The notes: a model not told the origin generated them from the sequence alone. 51,647 nt of DNA from Euryarchaeota archaeon UBA52 (GCA_002505455.1 DAVB01000027.1:4134-55780); one strand, 5' to 3'; counted from the first letter of the stretch, positions 36,842 through 47,150 are shown. A program made the numbers and translations.

Positions 36842-37129
36842 TTAGGACCACTCGTCTGGATCGTCCTTCTTGGCCTTCTTCCATTCCCTATAGCATGGCT
36901 TGCAAACAGACAGCCTTCTTCCGTCGGATGCGAGTCCATCCTCCCCCCACACATCTGCTGCTCTATCAAATGCCAGTCTTCGACCACCCATCGACTTGTC
37001 GGCCCAATTCTTGCAGCCCTTTACGTCACAGGGGGTCACACCCTTATTGTCGTCGCCTGAGTCTTCTTTGGCCGGTCTTGCAGCATCGGCTGCATGTTTC
37101 AGTTTCTTGGCCCGCGACTTGAATCCCAT
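36842..37129 (-). CDS. Small basic hypothetical protein, putative Zn finger
   Basis: CDVKGC ... CKPC; fills the gap after purA. Confidence 0.65.
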   Translation of the reverse strand: MGFKSRAKKLKHAADAARPAKEDSGDDNKGVTPCDVKGCKNWADKSMGGRRLAFDRAADVWGEDGLASDGRRLSVCKPCYREWKKAKKDDPDEWS

Positions 37130-37152
37130 ATTGCCGCCTCGGGGTTACATGA

Positions 37153-38511
37153 TTAGAAATTTCCCAAATCAAACGGATGATCGAACATGCCGCTCGGCCT
37201 CGAGAGTGTTGATCTTCTATCTGGGCCGATCCCCACACATTGAACCTCGATACCGGATAATTCTTCTATCCGTTTGACGATTGATGCTGCAGCCTCAGGA
37301 AGAGCCCCCAACCAAGATTTATCCTCATGAGCTTTCTGTGCCAATGCAAGCCAGTCATCTTCGCTTATTGCCTCAAATCCCGGATGTGTCTCGTAAACTG
37401 GTGTGCAACGTGCTACATCCTCGGCTCGGGCTGGTAACATGGTGATGGGGCGCCCGTCCAGTTTGTAACCAATGCAAATCTTGATTTCTTCTAATCCGGC
37501 TAGAACGTCGAGTTTAGTGAGGACGAGCCCCGAGAATCCATTCACCCTGTTTGCTTCCATCAGGGCAGGCATGTCCAGCCACCCTGTCCTTCTCGGCCTG
37601 CCAGTAGTTGTGCCGAATTCATGACCGACTTTTGCGAGATGTTGCCCAGATAGGTCTTCAGGGGGTATCTCTGTTGGAAATGGCCCGTTTCCAACACGGG
37701 TTGTGTATGCCTTGGTTACCCCGAGGCACTGGCCTATGTGTCCGGGGTGTATGCCTGCCCCATGTGAAGCATTTGCCCTGGATGTGACGGAGGATGTTAC
37801 GAAAGGATATGTGCCCTGGTCGATGTCAAGCATCGCCCCTTGTGCTCCCTCGAGGAGTACTTGCTCGCCATTTCTGAGTGCTATGTCCAACATATGTCCT
37901 GTTGGCGCGATAGCGGTTCGGTATCTGTCTAATATCCATCTCAAATCATTCTCAAGGTCTTGCTCAGATATCGTTTGATCGATGCCAATCGCAGCAAGTT
38001 GCGAGGACATTCTGGAAGCGGATGTGCTAAGCATTTGGCTATTTTCGAGTATTGCTTCCAAGTCTGCGAAGCGGATGCCTACCCGCTCTATCCGGTCCCT
38101 GTAAGCAGGACCTATGCCTCTTCCAGTCGTTCCCACGACTTTGTCTGCAGAGTCATACAGCCTGTGGAACGGGAGAATGATCGAGGCGCGCTCGGATATG
38201 AATAGCCTGGATCCCTCTGGTTCCTCTCCGGTGAGGGCCTTCCATGAATCGAGTTCCTTCTCCAAAACCCATGGATCGATTACCATCCCGTCCCCCAGAA
38301 CAAGATTACAATGAGGAGTAGGGAGGCCGGATGGTATCTGATGTAACTTCAGGGTCGTATCCCCTATGACAATGGTGTGGCCTGCGTTATTGCCTCCCTG
38401 AAAACGGACTGTCCACCCGTATCTGGGGGCTAATTGATCGATTGCCTTGCCCTTTCCTTCATCGCCCCACTGGGCTCCAAGAATAACTGTTGCTGGCACC
38501 GTACCACTCAC
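37153..38511 (-). CDS. purA: Adenylosuccinate synthetase
   Basis: GAQWGDEGKGK, RFQGGNNAGHT, GTTGRGIGPAY, EGAQG, GTTTGRPRR and TKLDVL. Confidence 0.97.
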   Translation of the reverse strand: MSGTVPATVILGAQWGDEGKGKAIDQLAPRYGWTVRFQGGNNAGHTIVIGDTTLKLHQIPSGLPTPHCNLVLGDGMVIDPWVLEKELDSWKALTGEEPEGSRLFISERASIILPFHRLYDSADKVVGTTGRGIGPAYRDRIERVGIRFADLEAILENSQMLSTSASRMSSQLAAIGIDQTISEQDLENDLRWILDRYRTAIAPTGHMLDIALRNGEQVLLEGAQGAMLDIDQGTYPFVTSSVTSRANASHGAGIHPGHIGQCLGVTKAYTTRVGNGPFPTEIPPEDLSGQHLAKVGHEFGTTTGRPRRTGWLDMPALMEANRVNGFSGLVLTKLDVLAGLEEIKICIGYKLDGRPITMLPARAEDVARCTPVYETHPGFEAISEDDWLALAQKAHEDKSWLGALPEAAASIVKRIEELSGIEVQCVGIGPDRRSTLSRPSGMFDHPFDLGNF

Positions 38512-38616
38512 CTTTGACGAGGGTGTATGAACTCATTGGTCGGGGTATTAACGGCATTCAACCTCATCGGCTCTTTTGGGAATGGATTATGAAGGGGGGT
38601 TGGGTGGCTCGCCTCC

Positions 38617-38772
38617 ATGGCACAGCGATTCCCCGAGGCAGAGAAGCGGCTTCTAAGGAAGTTGGTCTGCATGCGTTGCTCGGCCACACACCAAGGATAC
38701 CGCGTCAAGGTGTGTAGGAAGTGCGGGTATACCGGCCTGCGGCAGAAGGCTGTAGAAAGAAGGGCGAGCTGA
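38617..38772 (+). CDS. rpl40e: 50S ribosomal protein L40e
   Basis: Missing from the ORF track (51 aa): [51 protein letters not shown]. Confidence 0.92.
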   Translation: MAQRFPEAEKRLLRKLVCMRCSATHQGYRVKVCRKCGYTGLRQKAVERRAS

Positions 38773-38773
38773 G

Positions 38774-39382
38774 TTGCTCCTAGCCCATGCAATGACTGGA
38801 TTCGCACTATCCCTCTCACTTATTTTGGCCATAGGTGCGCAGAATGCATTCGTGCTAAGACAAGGTCTTTCCGGCAAGCACGTCCTACTTGTGTGTTCAA
38901 TCTGTTCGATTTCCGATGCTATACTAATCATACTCGGTGTCTTCGTCGTGGGCGAGTTGGTTTCACAGAGTGGCAACACGAGCATTCTCGAGATTGCGGC
39001 GGTGACTTTCTTGGTAGCATATGCATTGACTCGATTCCGATCTGCTTTTGCGGGTTCTAACGGCTTGGACATGAAATCCCCAGATCATTCGGAATCCACA
39101 TTCAAGATTTTTGCCCTCACAATGGGATTCACTTGGCTTAATCCTCACGTGTACCTGGATACTCTGCTGCTAATCGGCGGGGGCGCAGCTGGATTGGAAG
39201 CCGAGCAGCGTGTAGCGTTTGCAGTCGGGGCTGCGCTTGCATCATTCGTATTCTTCTTCTCATTGGGATTCGGGGCCCGTTCGATTTCACATAGGGTATC
39301 GGACCCCAGAACTTGGCGATGGATCGATACCGGAGTCGGGATCACCATGCTATTGGTGGCAACGAGCATATGGCTCGGATGA
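38774..39382 (+). CDS. LysE/ArgO family amino acid exporter
   Basis: LILAIGAQNAFVLRQG, SDAILI and TWLNPHVYLDT. Confidence 0.9.
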   Translation: MLLAHAMTGFALSLSLILAIGAQNAFVLRQGLSGKHVLLVCSICSISDAILIILGVFVVGELVSQSGNTSILEIAAVTFLVAYALTRFRSAFAGSNGLDMKSPDHSESTFKIFALTMGFTWLNPHVYLDTLLLIGGGAAGLEAEQRVAFAVGAALASFVFFFSLGFGARSISHRVSDPRTWRWIDTGVGITMLLVATSIWLG

Positions 39383-39658
39383 CTACCCGCGACGAACTTC
39401 GTTCAGTAGTGTCTCAAGAGTTGTCTGAATTTGGAGGCACAGTGGCCCGTAGTGTATAGGCAAGTTGGCATCATTGAATATTTCATCCAGCATAGAGGCA
39501 GTCATACCAAGACGCACGTCCATGTCCTTCAATTCGTTGAGCAGCCACTTATCCACGGCATCTTTGACTGAGTTTCGTATGTTCCTCGGAACTTGTGTAT
39601 CTTCGAGCTGTCCGAGTACTGTGGCTATTTGCTGAATCTTAGTCTCGATGTCCGTCAT
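39383..39658 (-). CDS. UPF0147 family archaeal protein
   Basis: EDTQVPRNIR and LDEIFNDANLP. Start MTDIE at 39658 after a GGTGAG SD. Confidence 0.85.
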   Translation of the reverse strand: MTDIETKIQQIATVLGQLEDTQVPRNIRNSVKDAVDKWLLNELKDMDVRLGMTASMLDEIFNDANLPIHYGPLCLQIQTTLETLLNEVRRG

Positions 39659-39702
39659 AAGGCTCACCACGCAGCCGTCCCACCAAGGGACTTGGCTTAA
39701 TC

Positions 39703-40506
39703 TCATCCCCTGATTCCATCTGAATTCCAACTAGCCCATGGCATGTTTGTATTTGCCCGCGCGACGCATGAGCCATCGCCGGACATTCCGATCAAACCGA
39801 TCTCCGTGGATTCGTCAAAACGTGTTTTGATCGCCTTCTCGAAAGCATGCTCCATGGACATGCCATCTCGTGAAATCCACCCGTGGACCCTATGGGAGAG
39901 CATCTCCCGAGTTATCGCTTCGCCTATCCCTGTTGCAGCGACAGCGACATCAGACTCGGCCCAGAAACCGCAGCCAGGAAGGGGGACATCTCCGATACGC
40001 CCCGGAGGCATTTCACTACAGCCTCCTGTGCTGGTTGCTGTAGCCATGACTCCTTCGGAATCCATGGCTATTACACCCACAGTGTCGCCTGAAGTGGTCT
40101 TTCCAGGTGGTCTCGGGGTTACGGCTGATCTCGGTATACCTCTCTGATCGGCCCACTCCCTAGCGCCGATTCCCCCTAGGCCATTTATCTCCTCATCAAG
40201 AAGAGCTTCTGCCACCCTTATTGGATTCGGAGTCTCTGGCATGGAGGCTACGAAGCCCAATCGGCCATCGCTGACATGAATGGACGCGTCGACCAACACC
40301 GACCCGTCCAGCCTGGTCACGCTTCCTGTTCCTGCGTTGAATGCGGGATCATTTTCCAGGATGACGCATGCTTCAACTGCAGCGTCGACGGCGCAGGCAT
40401 CTGATTCGAGAAGTGATGAGCCCTGTTGAATCGCCTTCTCCACATTCGATTTCTTCCGAGGGTCCGCACCAGCGCCTCCGTGGGCGATTATGGCCAATTT
40501 AGTCAT
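39703..40506 (-). CDS. Isoaspartyl peptidase / L-asparaginase (Ntn hydrolase)
   Basis: IIAHGGAG, LENDPAFNAGTG, GDTVG (Thr nucleophile), ATSTGG, GRIGD and ATGIGE. Confidence 0.9.
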   Translation of the reverse strand: MTKLAIIAHGGAGADPRKKSNVEKAIQQGSSLLESDACAVDAAVEACVILENDPAFNAGTGSVTRLDGSVLVDASIHVSDGRLGFVASMPETPNPIRVAEALLDEEINGLGGIGAREWADQRGIPRSAVTPRPPGKTTSGDTVGVIAMDSEGVMATATSTGGCSEMPPGRIGDVPLPGCGFWAESDVAVAATGIGEAITREMLSHRVHGWISRDGMSMEHAFEKAIKTRFDESTEIGLIGMSGDGSCVARANTNMPWASWNSDGIRG

Positions 40507-41833
40507 CGCTAGCCGCCTCCGAATCTGTACTGGAGTTCTTGATTCCAAGTTGAATCAGAACCGACATGATGGCAATTAGTCCTGCTACCCTGAAAACTGT
40601 ATGGTATGTCCACAGACCTGTTCCATCGACTGTCTCAGCCCAGATAAATGCTGCAAAAACAGGACCGACGATTCGAGATAATGCGCCGAATCCTTCCTGA
40701 GCCCCCATCGCCCTCCCAAGTTCAATCCCGTGTATTTCAGCCGCCGAGGCGAGCAGGGTTGACTGGGTTGGCCCGAATAGCCCGTGGCCCGCGGAGATCA
40801 ATACGATGACAAAGACGCCGACGGCTTGTGTTTCCGTTGTGATATATGGGATCCAACCCAAACCAATTGCAGCCATTATGATGCCCGCCACCATCAGGGC
40901 ACGGGAGTCGTACCTCTTTGAAAGGGGCCTTATCAGCCAACCTTGTACGATGACACCGATCAAGCCCACAACTGCGAAGATGTAGCCGTTCCTCATCTCA
41001 TCGAATCCGAGGCCTCCGTTATCTACTGGCATCGCAGTGAACAGAATCAGAGTAGCATGCATCATCGTTATTGCCAATAGGAAAGAGGCGTTGACCAAAA
41101 TCAGACGTCCCACAGCAGGTGAAAGATCTCTGACGCCGATCAGACTTGAAAGGACTCTTCGTAACCCGTCTGACTCGGCCTGGACTTTTCTTTCCGATTC
41201 CGGGAGGCTCTCGGGAAGCATACGACTAGCCAGTATCAGTGAGGCGAAAGAAAGAGTTCCTGCGAATAGGCAAGGCAGGAAGTATGGGTGGGCGACCCAC
41301 CAATCAGTTGCAAATGGTCCGCCGAATACCTCTGCTGGATCTGTTAGCACTCCGCCCAGGAATGGGCCGATCATGAATCCGAGTCCGAAGGCGGCTCCGA
41401 TCATGCCCATTCGGCCTGGAAGCTGTTCTCTGTCGCTGATGTCTCCGACGTATGCCTTAGTCACAGCTATATTCCCGTTTCCAGCGCCTGCCAGAAAGCG
41501 AGCGATCAATGCCATCCATAATGTCGAAGCCAGGCCGAAGGCGATTAGAAAAACTGTGTTAGAGGCTAGGCCGAACATCAGTACAGGACGTCTTCCGAAT
41601 CTGTCAGAAAGCGACCCGAGGAGCGGAGTGAACAGGAATTGTCCGAGTGTGTAGGAAGCAAGCACGATGCCGACCCACCGGTCACGGGCGCCTATGTCGG
41701 AGAACCCGTCGCCTGTCGCCAGGTCTTGTACAAAGTAAGTCAGAAAGGGTATCACGAGGGTGAATCCGATCATATCGATCAGGACCACTAGGAAGAGCAC
41801 CGTAAGAGGTGCTGCGCCACTCGGCCTTACCAT
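40499..41833 (-). CDS. MFS transporter (TetA/DHA1-like)
   Basis: VLIDMIGFTLVIP, GSLSDRFGRRPVL and GAAFGLGFMIGPFLGG. Confidence 0.9.
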   Translation of the reverse strand: MVRPSGAAPLTVLFLVVLIDMIGFTLVIPFLTYFVQDLATGDGFSDIGARDRWVGIVLASYTLGQFLFTPLLGSLSDRFGRRPVLMFGLASNTVFLIAFGLASTLWMALIARFLAGAGNGNIAVTKAYVGDISDREQLPGRMGMIGAAFGLGFMIGPFLGGVLTDPAEVFGGPFATDWWVAHPYFLPCLFAGTLSFASLILASRMLPESLPESERKVQAESDGLRRVLSSLIGVRDLSPAVGRLILVNASFLLAITMMHATLILFTAMPVDNGGLGFDEMRNGYIFAVVGLIGVIVQGWLIRPLSKRYDSRALMVAGIIMAAIGLGWIPYITTETQAVGVFVIVLISAGHGLFGPTQSTLLASAAEIHGIELGRAMGAQEGFGALSRIVGPVFAAFIWAETVDGTGLWTYHTVFRVAGLIAIMSVLIQLGIKNSSTDSEAASDD

Positions 41834-41881
41834 CAACGACAAGAAGGGTAGATGGGTCTTCAACTTGAGTGTGCTTTACTC

Positions 41882-43909
41882 TCAAGCGGGTGTTGAATCG
41901 GATACTGAAGAGAACGTGTCGATAACCTTGGCTAGTCTCTCAACGAGGCTGATCTTTTCTTGCTCTCCGACGAGGGCGTGTTTTAGAACTTCATCTAGGC
42001 TGTCAACGGATACGATCTCGACCATTGACTCATATTTCTCATCGATCAGAACGTCCTGAAGATTCGTCTTCGGTATTATGACCCTCTGGATCCCGGATTT
42101 GGCAGCAGCCTCTATTTTCGCAGAAACGCCACCTATTGGGAGGACTTCGCCACGAACCGATAGCGATCCGGTCATTGCAAGATTCTGATCGATCGGAACT
42201 CCTTCGAATGCCGATATTATGGCTGTAGCCATGGTAATTGATGCCGAATCGCCATCGACGTTGTGGGTACCGGGGAACTGCACGTGAAGATCATAATCCT
42301 TGATGTCCTTACCTGTCAGCTTCTTGACCACTGCGCTGATATTCGTAACTGACTCCTTAGCGAGGTCAGAGAGGCCACCTGTAGCAATAACCTGTCCACT
42401 TCTTCCCTGAGATGGCGTGACCATCGCTTCAACAGGGAGGACGACTCCGGAGAAGTCCGACAGCCCGGAATCCGCACCGAGAACTGCTAGGCCGTTTACC
42501 CTGCCTATCCTGTTGCCCCGATTGACTAGCATCGCATATTCGGATTGGCGCTCCAGGTATCTGTCTGCGATTTGCTGCTCGAGAGGCTTCGCAATTGCAC
42601 GGGCCCTGGTGACGTGTACCGTGGTTGTGAGTGGGCTGCCGTCCTCAGATGCAAGATCTCCTGCTATCCTGATTAATCCCCCGAGTTCACGCAGCCTGAG
42701 GGAGAGCTTGCCCCTCCTGCCGCTTCTGCGTTGTGCTTCTTTGAGAATCATCCCGATGGCCGCGCGGTCGAAGTGGGGGATTGTTCTCCCTGAGTCCCTC
42801 TTTGCCTCGTTGCGAACTTCTTGAGCCACGAAGCGTACCAGTTTTCGTCGGTTCCTCTCTGTGTCTTTCATGTCGGTGTTGACGTATACCTCGTACCCGT
42901 ATCCTCTAATTCGGCTTCTGAGTGCAGGGTGCATTTGTTGGATGCTGTCAAGATTGCCGGCGGCGACAAGTATGAAGTCACTAGGCACGGGTTCTGATTT
43001 TGTCAGCGCTCCTGAAGATCTCTCCGAGCGGCCGCTGATTGAGAGCGCCTTCTCTTGCATGGCCACAAGGAGTGCCTGTTGTTCTTCCATCCGAAGCATG
43101 CGTATCTCATCTATGTACAGAACTCCCTTGTTGGCTCTGTGTACAGCCCCGGGTTCGACACGTTCGTGAGCGGGTGTGGCCAAATCAGCACCGGACTGGA
43201 AGGGGTCATGCCTCACATCACCTAGAAGTGCGCCGGACAATGTTCCTGTTGCATCTATGAAGGGGGCCTCTTCACTACGTTCATGCTTGATCAGTAGCTT
43301 CGGAATGTTGGATTCGTCACCGGCGGTCAACCTCGTCCTAAGGAAAAAGTATCCGAAAATCAAGAGGAAGGACCCGAATATGAATGTCAGCATATCTCCC
43401 GTTTGTATAGTTGCAAGTAGCAGTGCTGCACCCACCACGAGTGCGATCAAGAGCAGCATCTGATTCGTTTTCTTCCTCTGTGCGCGAATTGCTGCCTTCC
43501 GTTCTGAGATTATTTTGTGCCCTCTTCCAGCCGGTACGGTCCTTACCTTCGGTTCATTCTCGTCTTCCACGTTGCGATAGACGAGGACGTCCTCGAGTTG
43601 TTCGAGCGGCAGGAACTCGGTCATCGATCGGGCTAGCATTGACTTACCCGTTCCCGGCTCCCCGACCATGATGACGTGGCGTCTCTGTTCTGCGGCCTTC
43701 CTTATCACGATGGAGGCAGCGTCCTGACCGATTACCTGGTCGACCAACCTCTCGGGGATCGGCACATCGACTGTGGACTCTATCGGGAGGTCGAGTACCC
43801 AGTCTTCCACAGGAGTGGTGCAAACGGGGTCTTTGTCCTCGGAAACGCCGAATGCTGAGCCTGCTTCCCAGTCTTCTAGTGGGTCTTGAACGGGGTCTTC
43901 GCCATCCAT
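41882..43909 (-). CDS. lonB: Archaeal membrane-anchored ATP-dependent protease LonB
   Basis: LVDQVIGQD, GEPGTGKS, a TM hairpin, LLGDVRHDPFQSG and the DGDSASI...KIEAA Ser-Lys dyad. Confidence 0.95.
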   Translation of the reverse strand: MDGEDPVQDPLEDWEAGSAFGVSEDKDPVCTTPVEDWVLDLPIESTVDVPIPERLVDQVIGQDAASIVIRKAAEQRRHVIMVGEPGTGKSMLARSMTEFLPLEQLEDVLVYRNVEDENEPKVRTVPAGRGHKIISERKAAIRAQRKKTNQMLLLIALVVGAALLLATIQTGDMLTFIFGSFLLIFGYFFLRTRLTAGDESNIPKLLIKHERSEEAPFIDATGTLSGALLGDVRHDPFQSGADLATPAHERVEPGAVHRANKGVLYIDEIRMLRMEEQQALLVAMQEKALSISGRSERSSGALTKSEPVPSDFILVAAGNLDSIQQMHPALRSRIRGYGYEVYVNTDMKDTERNRRKLVRFVAQEVRNEAKRDSGRTIPHFDRAAIGMILKEAQRRSGRRGKLSLRLRELGGLIRIAGDLASEDGSPLTTTVHVTRARAIAKPLEQQIADRYLERQSEYAMLVNRGNRIGRVNGLAVLGADSGLSDFSGVVLPVEAMVTPSQGRSGQVIATGGLSDLAKESVTNISAVVKKLTGKDIKDYDLHVQFPGTHNVDGDSASITMATAIISAFEGVPIDQNLAMTGSLSVRGEVLPIGGVSAKIEAAAKSGIQRVIIPKTNLQDVLIDEKYESMVEIVSVDSLDEVLKHALVGEQEKISLVERLAKVIDTFSSVSDSTPA

Positions 43910-43972
43910 GCTGTGCCGCCTCCTCTATTCTCCCTCTGACCGGTCCTTCTTGAAGGTGCGTTACCACCCAAT

Positions 43973-46900
43973 TCAACGTTCTCCACGCAGGTATTCTAAC
44001 CCGTAGTACTGCCATTGCTCCATAGTCCATCCCTCTGGCAGTCCCTCGGGCGGCAATGGGAGGGGTGCATAGACCGGCACGGATGCAGAAGCTTGAGGCT
44101 CGCTTCGACGGCCGATGGTGATGGCGGCCGTCATCCCGATCACAATTAGGATGCCGACGATACCCGCGACCATCGGCAACAAGGATGATGGCGATTCGTT
44201 ACTTGACTTTTCTTCGCCGGTTGGCTCTTGAATATCTTCAGATGGTTCTACTGCGTATGTCTTGAGCATCTCGGATTTTCTATCAAAACCCGATGAGTCG
44301 ACGGCCTTTACTGACAGGCCGATGTAATCGCCAACTCTCAGCCCTACACCTTCATTGGCTTGGACTGTGAACGGGCTGAATCCGAAGGCTGTCCCCATGT
44401 CTGTGCATACCCCTGTCAAGCTGTTACATACTTGCCATCTTATCTCAACATCAGTGAGGCCGTGGTTCGTCAACTCGGTAACTGTGGTCACGGGATTCGT
44501 GGAGTAGTCCATCGTGTCGAAAGATGCGCTGATGTCTCCCTGGGCTCCTATCGTGCCCCACAACAAGGGCAGTGAGTCTACGACCTCTATCTCGATTGTG
44601 TGGGTTGTAGAGTCGCCGATGGGATCGATCGCGGTGATTGTGACTAGTTCAGTCCCGGGCTCGTCCCATTTCATCGTAATCAGGCCTGTATCGAAATCAT
44701 ATGTTGCAGAACCGGCATCGTACGTATCGACGTCGATCCACAACTCGCTGAATTCATGGTCTACATCCGAGACATGCGCAGGTACTGAGATTGTCGTGGT
44801 ACTTCCGACCTTGGAAACCATATGCTCAATCCCATCGGTATCTATCCTCGGGGCATCATTGATGTTGTTTATGAAAAAAGTGACGGTAGTCTCGGTTTTT
44901 TGATCACCATCTGATGCGCTTACCGTCACTGTGGCTATCCCTACGAAATCCTCGTCCACCGCACTGACGGAGAGGGTATGGCCGACAATAATCGCATCGA
45001 AGAATTCCTGTGGTTCGACACTCTCCAGATTGAGATTAAGCAGAGACGGATTGGAAGGTGCGCCTTCGTCATTGGTATCTGAAAGGAATGGAGTGAGGAT
45101 CAAGCTTGCAGATTCGCCTTCATCGAATGATTGTGGTGATATGGATGACCATCTTGGCGCCCCGTTCTCGATTACATTGAACAGAAGTGTGCCAGTATTG
45201 GAGTCCTCACCATCGCTTATGGTGATGAACAGGCCCTGTGGAATTGGCGAACCGGTGGAGTCGTATATTATCCGGTCGAATTCCACGGTTATTGTTCCAT
45301 CATCAGGATTCCAACTTCTGAACTGTGGTGCGTTACTATCGATTTCCAAGTGTTCGATGGAAGTTTCGGCATCCCACACCAGCCCTTCTAGCGAGATAGT
45401 CTCCTGAGTCTCCACCTTCACAGCAGGAATGCCGGCATGAATGGGGTCCATCGGGGATATCACCTGCGGGATAGCGTTTCTAAGTACGAAAGCAGAATCG
45501 GTGGTTAGCCACTCGCTTGATTGGCCTCGTGCGTCGGTCCATTTGACTCTCGTATCGTAATCTCCCGTTGGGGCGTCAAGGGGGGTGAGCAGGGAATGGA
45601 TCAGTTTCAGATTGCCTCCGGCGCCCATCTGGCCAACCCAATCTGTCCAATCGGACGACCAATCATTTTGCCCAGAACGGCTGTACTCAAGCTCAGCGGT
45701 CATCGTGGTGATGTCATCCACCTCATCATTTGCGATTGCTGACAATTCAAAGTCCAGAGAAGCGCCTCGGTATATTTCAGAGCCATCAACTGTCGTCGGC
45801 CTAGTTGCTATGGGGGGCATATCATATGGGACGAATATCTCGTTCATGTCATTGAAATCGACCCTGTCTGAATCGCTGCCTTCGAGCGCAGCCCTGAGAG
45901 AAGCTGCTCCGGATGCTACCGAAGATAGTACTGATGAGTCGAATGTAGACTGGTATGTGATGGTTTGACCCGGATACATGGATGGCAAGTCATGGCGCTC
46001 TATCTCTATATGATCGAGTCCATCCATGTATGAGATTACCAGTTCGACCCCATCCGGGTGGTCTTCAGCGCCATTGTTCTCAACAGTTGCAGACAGGGAC
46101 ACTGAATCTCCGGGTATGAGCCCGGGATGGCCCCCGTTGATTTCCGCTTCGAAGTTCGATACGCCTAAATCGACGAGTGGTCCCATATCTGGGTCGATTG
46201 CGGCGTATATCTGGTTGTATGTCGTGTGGGGGCCGTCCATCAAAGCGAAGACTGGCCAGAAATTTTCCCATTGGGAATATCCGGACGATGACCTGACGAG
46301 ATTGACGGATTTGACCCACGTGTGCTCGACCGCGACATTCCTGTCAAGAGTGAGTTGCTGGAAACCCGAATTCGTGCTATCGAGAAGCCAAGACCTCCAG
46401 TTGTGATGTGGTTTGACGCCATTGTCGTATGAGTCAGCTCCGATCTTCTCCGTTACCGCAGCGTAAACATAGACATTGACAGATGATTGTGCGCCCACAT
46501 ACTTTGATTCAAGGGTTATAGTGACGTCATTGGTCGTAGAATCGAAAGACATTGTCAGTTTCAACTGGAAGTCATTTGAAGACGAGTCCATGCATCCTCC
46601 AGCTGAATATTCTGGGTCGTAGAAGTTTGTTCCGCCTGCTCCGACCTTGTAGCAGGCACCAGACTGCCGATCTGCGAATGAGAAGGTGGGATATCCGGAT
46701 GAAGAGGCCGTAACATGGCTCATACGATTGATTGGACCATCACTTGGCCAGCCACCGGATGCTGATTCGAAGAAGGAAATATAGGTGAAGTCCTCTGGAT
46801 TAGAAGTCTTCAGATTATCCAGTGACGGCGATGCACTGCTCATGCAAGGACCGCACCAATGTGCGCCGACATATTCTCCAAAAACAGTATGCCCAGGGCT

Positions 46901-47041
46901 TGTTGCCTCCATAATCGGTGTTGGTCTGGTGAGCTCATCGGGGGTCTCTTCATCTGCCCAATGACTCGGATTGAACAGTGAAATTAGCAGAATAAATATC
47001 AATGCGCCCGACGTAGCAAGCGGCCTGTTTTCCAACTGCAT
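43973..47041 (-). CDS. Large surface protein: thioredoxin/Omp28-like CGPC domain, CARDB and cadherin/Ig-like repeats, C-terminal TM and cytoplasmic PEGWTMEQW motif
   Basis: Signal peptide, VFGEYVGAHWCGPC...GYPTF, DLGVS...PGDSVSLSATVENNG, NINDAP, a TM helix near 44120-44180, then the tail. Confidence 0.72.
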   Translation of the reverse strand: MQLENRPLATSGALIFILLISLFNPSHWADEETPDELTRPTPIMEATSPGHTVFGEYVGAHWCGPCMSSASPSLDNLKTSNPEDFTYISFFESASGGWPSDGPINRMSHVTASSSGYPTFSFADRQSGACYKVGAGGTNFYDPEYSAGGCMDSSSNDFQLKLTMSFDSTTNDVTITLESKYVGAQSSVNVYVYAAVTEKIGADSYDNGVKPHHNWRSWLLDSTNSGFQQLTLDRNVAVEHTWVKSVNLVRSSSGYSQWENFWPVFALMDGPHTTYNQIYAAIDPDMGPLVDLGVSNFEAEINGGHPGLIPGDSVSLSATVENNGAEDHPDGVELVISYMDGLDHIEIERHDLPSMYPGQTITYQSTFDSSVLSSVASGAASLRAALEGSDSDRVDFNDMNEIFVPYDMPPIATRPTTVDGSEIYRGASLDFELSAIANDEVDDITTMTAELEYSRSGQNDWSSDWTDWVGQMGAGGNLKLIHSLLTPLDAPTGDYDTRVKWTDARGQSSEWLTTDSAFVLRNAIPQVISPMDPIHAGIPAVKVETQETISLEGLVWDAETSIEHLEIDSNAPQFRSWNPDDGTITVEFDRIIYDSTGSPIPQGLFITISDGEDSNTGTLLFNVIENGAPRWSSISPQSFDEGESASLILTPFLSDTNDEGAPSNPSLLNLNLESVEPQEFFDAIIVGHTLSVSAVDEDFVGIATVTVSASDGDQKTETTVTFFINNINDAPRIDTDGIEHMVSKVGSTTTISVPAHVSDVDHEFSELWIDVDTYDAGSATYDFDTGLITMKWDEPGTELVTITAIDPIGDSTTHTIEIEVVDSLPLLWGTIGAQGDISASFDTMDYSTNPVTTVTELTNHGLTDVEIRWQVCNSLTGVCTDMGTAFGFSPFTVQANEGVGLRVGDYIGLSVKAVDSSGFDRKSEMLKTYAVEPSEDIQEPTGEEKSSNESPSSLLPMVAGIVGILIVIGMTAAITIGRRSEPQASASVPVYAPLPLPPEGLPEGWTMEQWQYYGLEYLRGER

Positions 47042-47150
47042 TCCGATTCGGGGATGCGTATTGAGTTATGAATGAAACCTGCCTTAGTGTATTTCACAGT
47101 TCTAACTTGAGACCGGAAGTGCTTGAACACATAACAGCGCCCGCAGCACA

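Noticed and set aside
28935-36850. Integrated element at tRNA-Val or tRNA-Ser
   Set aside because: No integrase or transposase, and no duplicated tRNA 3' end noticed by eye. Only the compositional shift is kept as a finding.
38490-39072. ORF-track calls 38490..38717, 38508..38819 and 38653..39072
   Set aside because: The region is explained by rpl40e (38617-38772) and the LysE gene.
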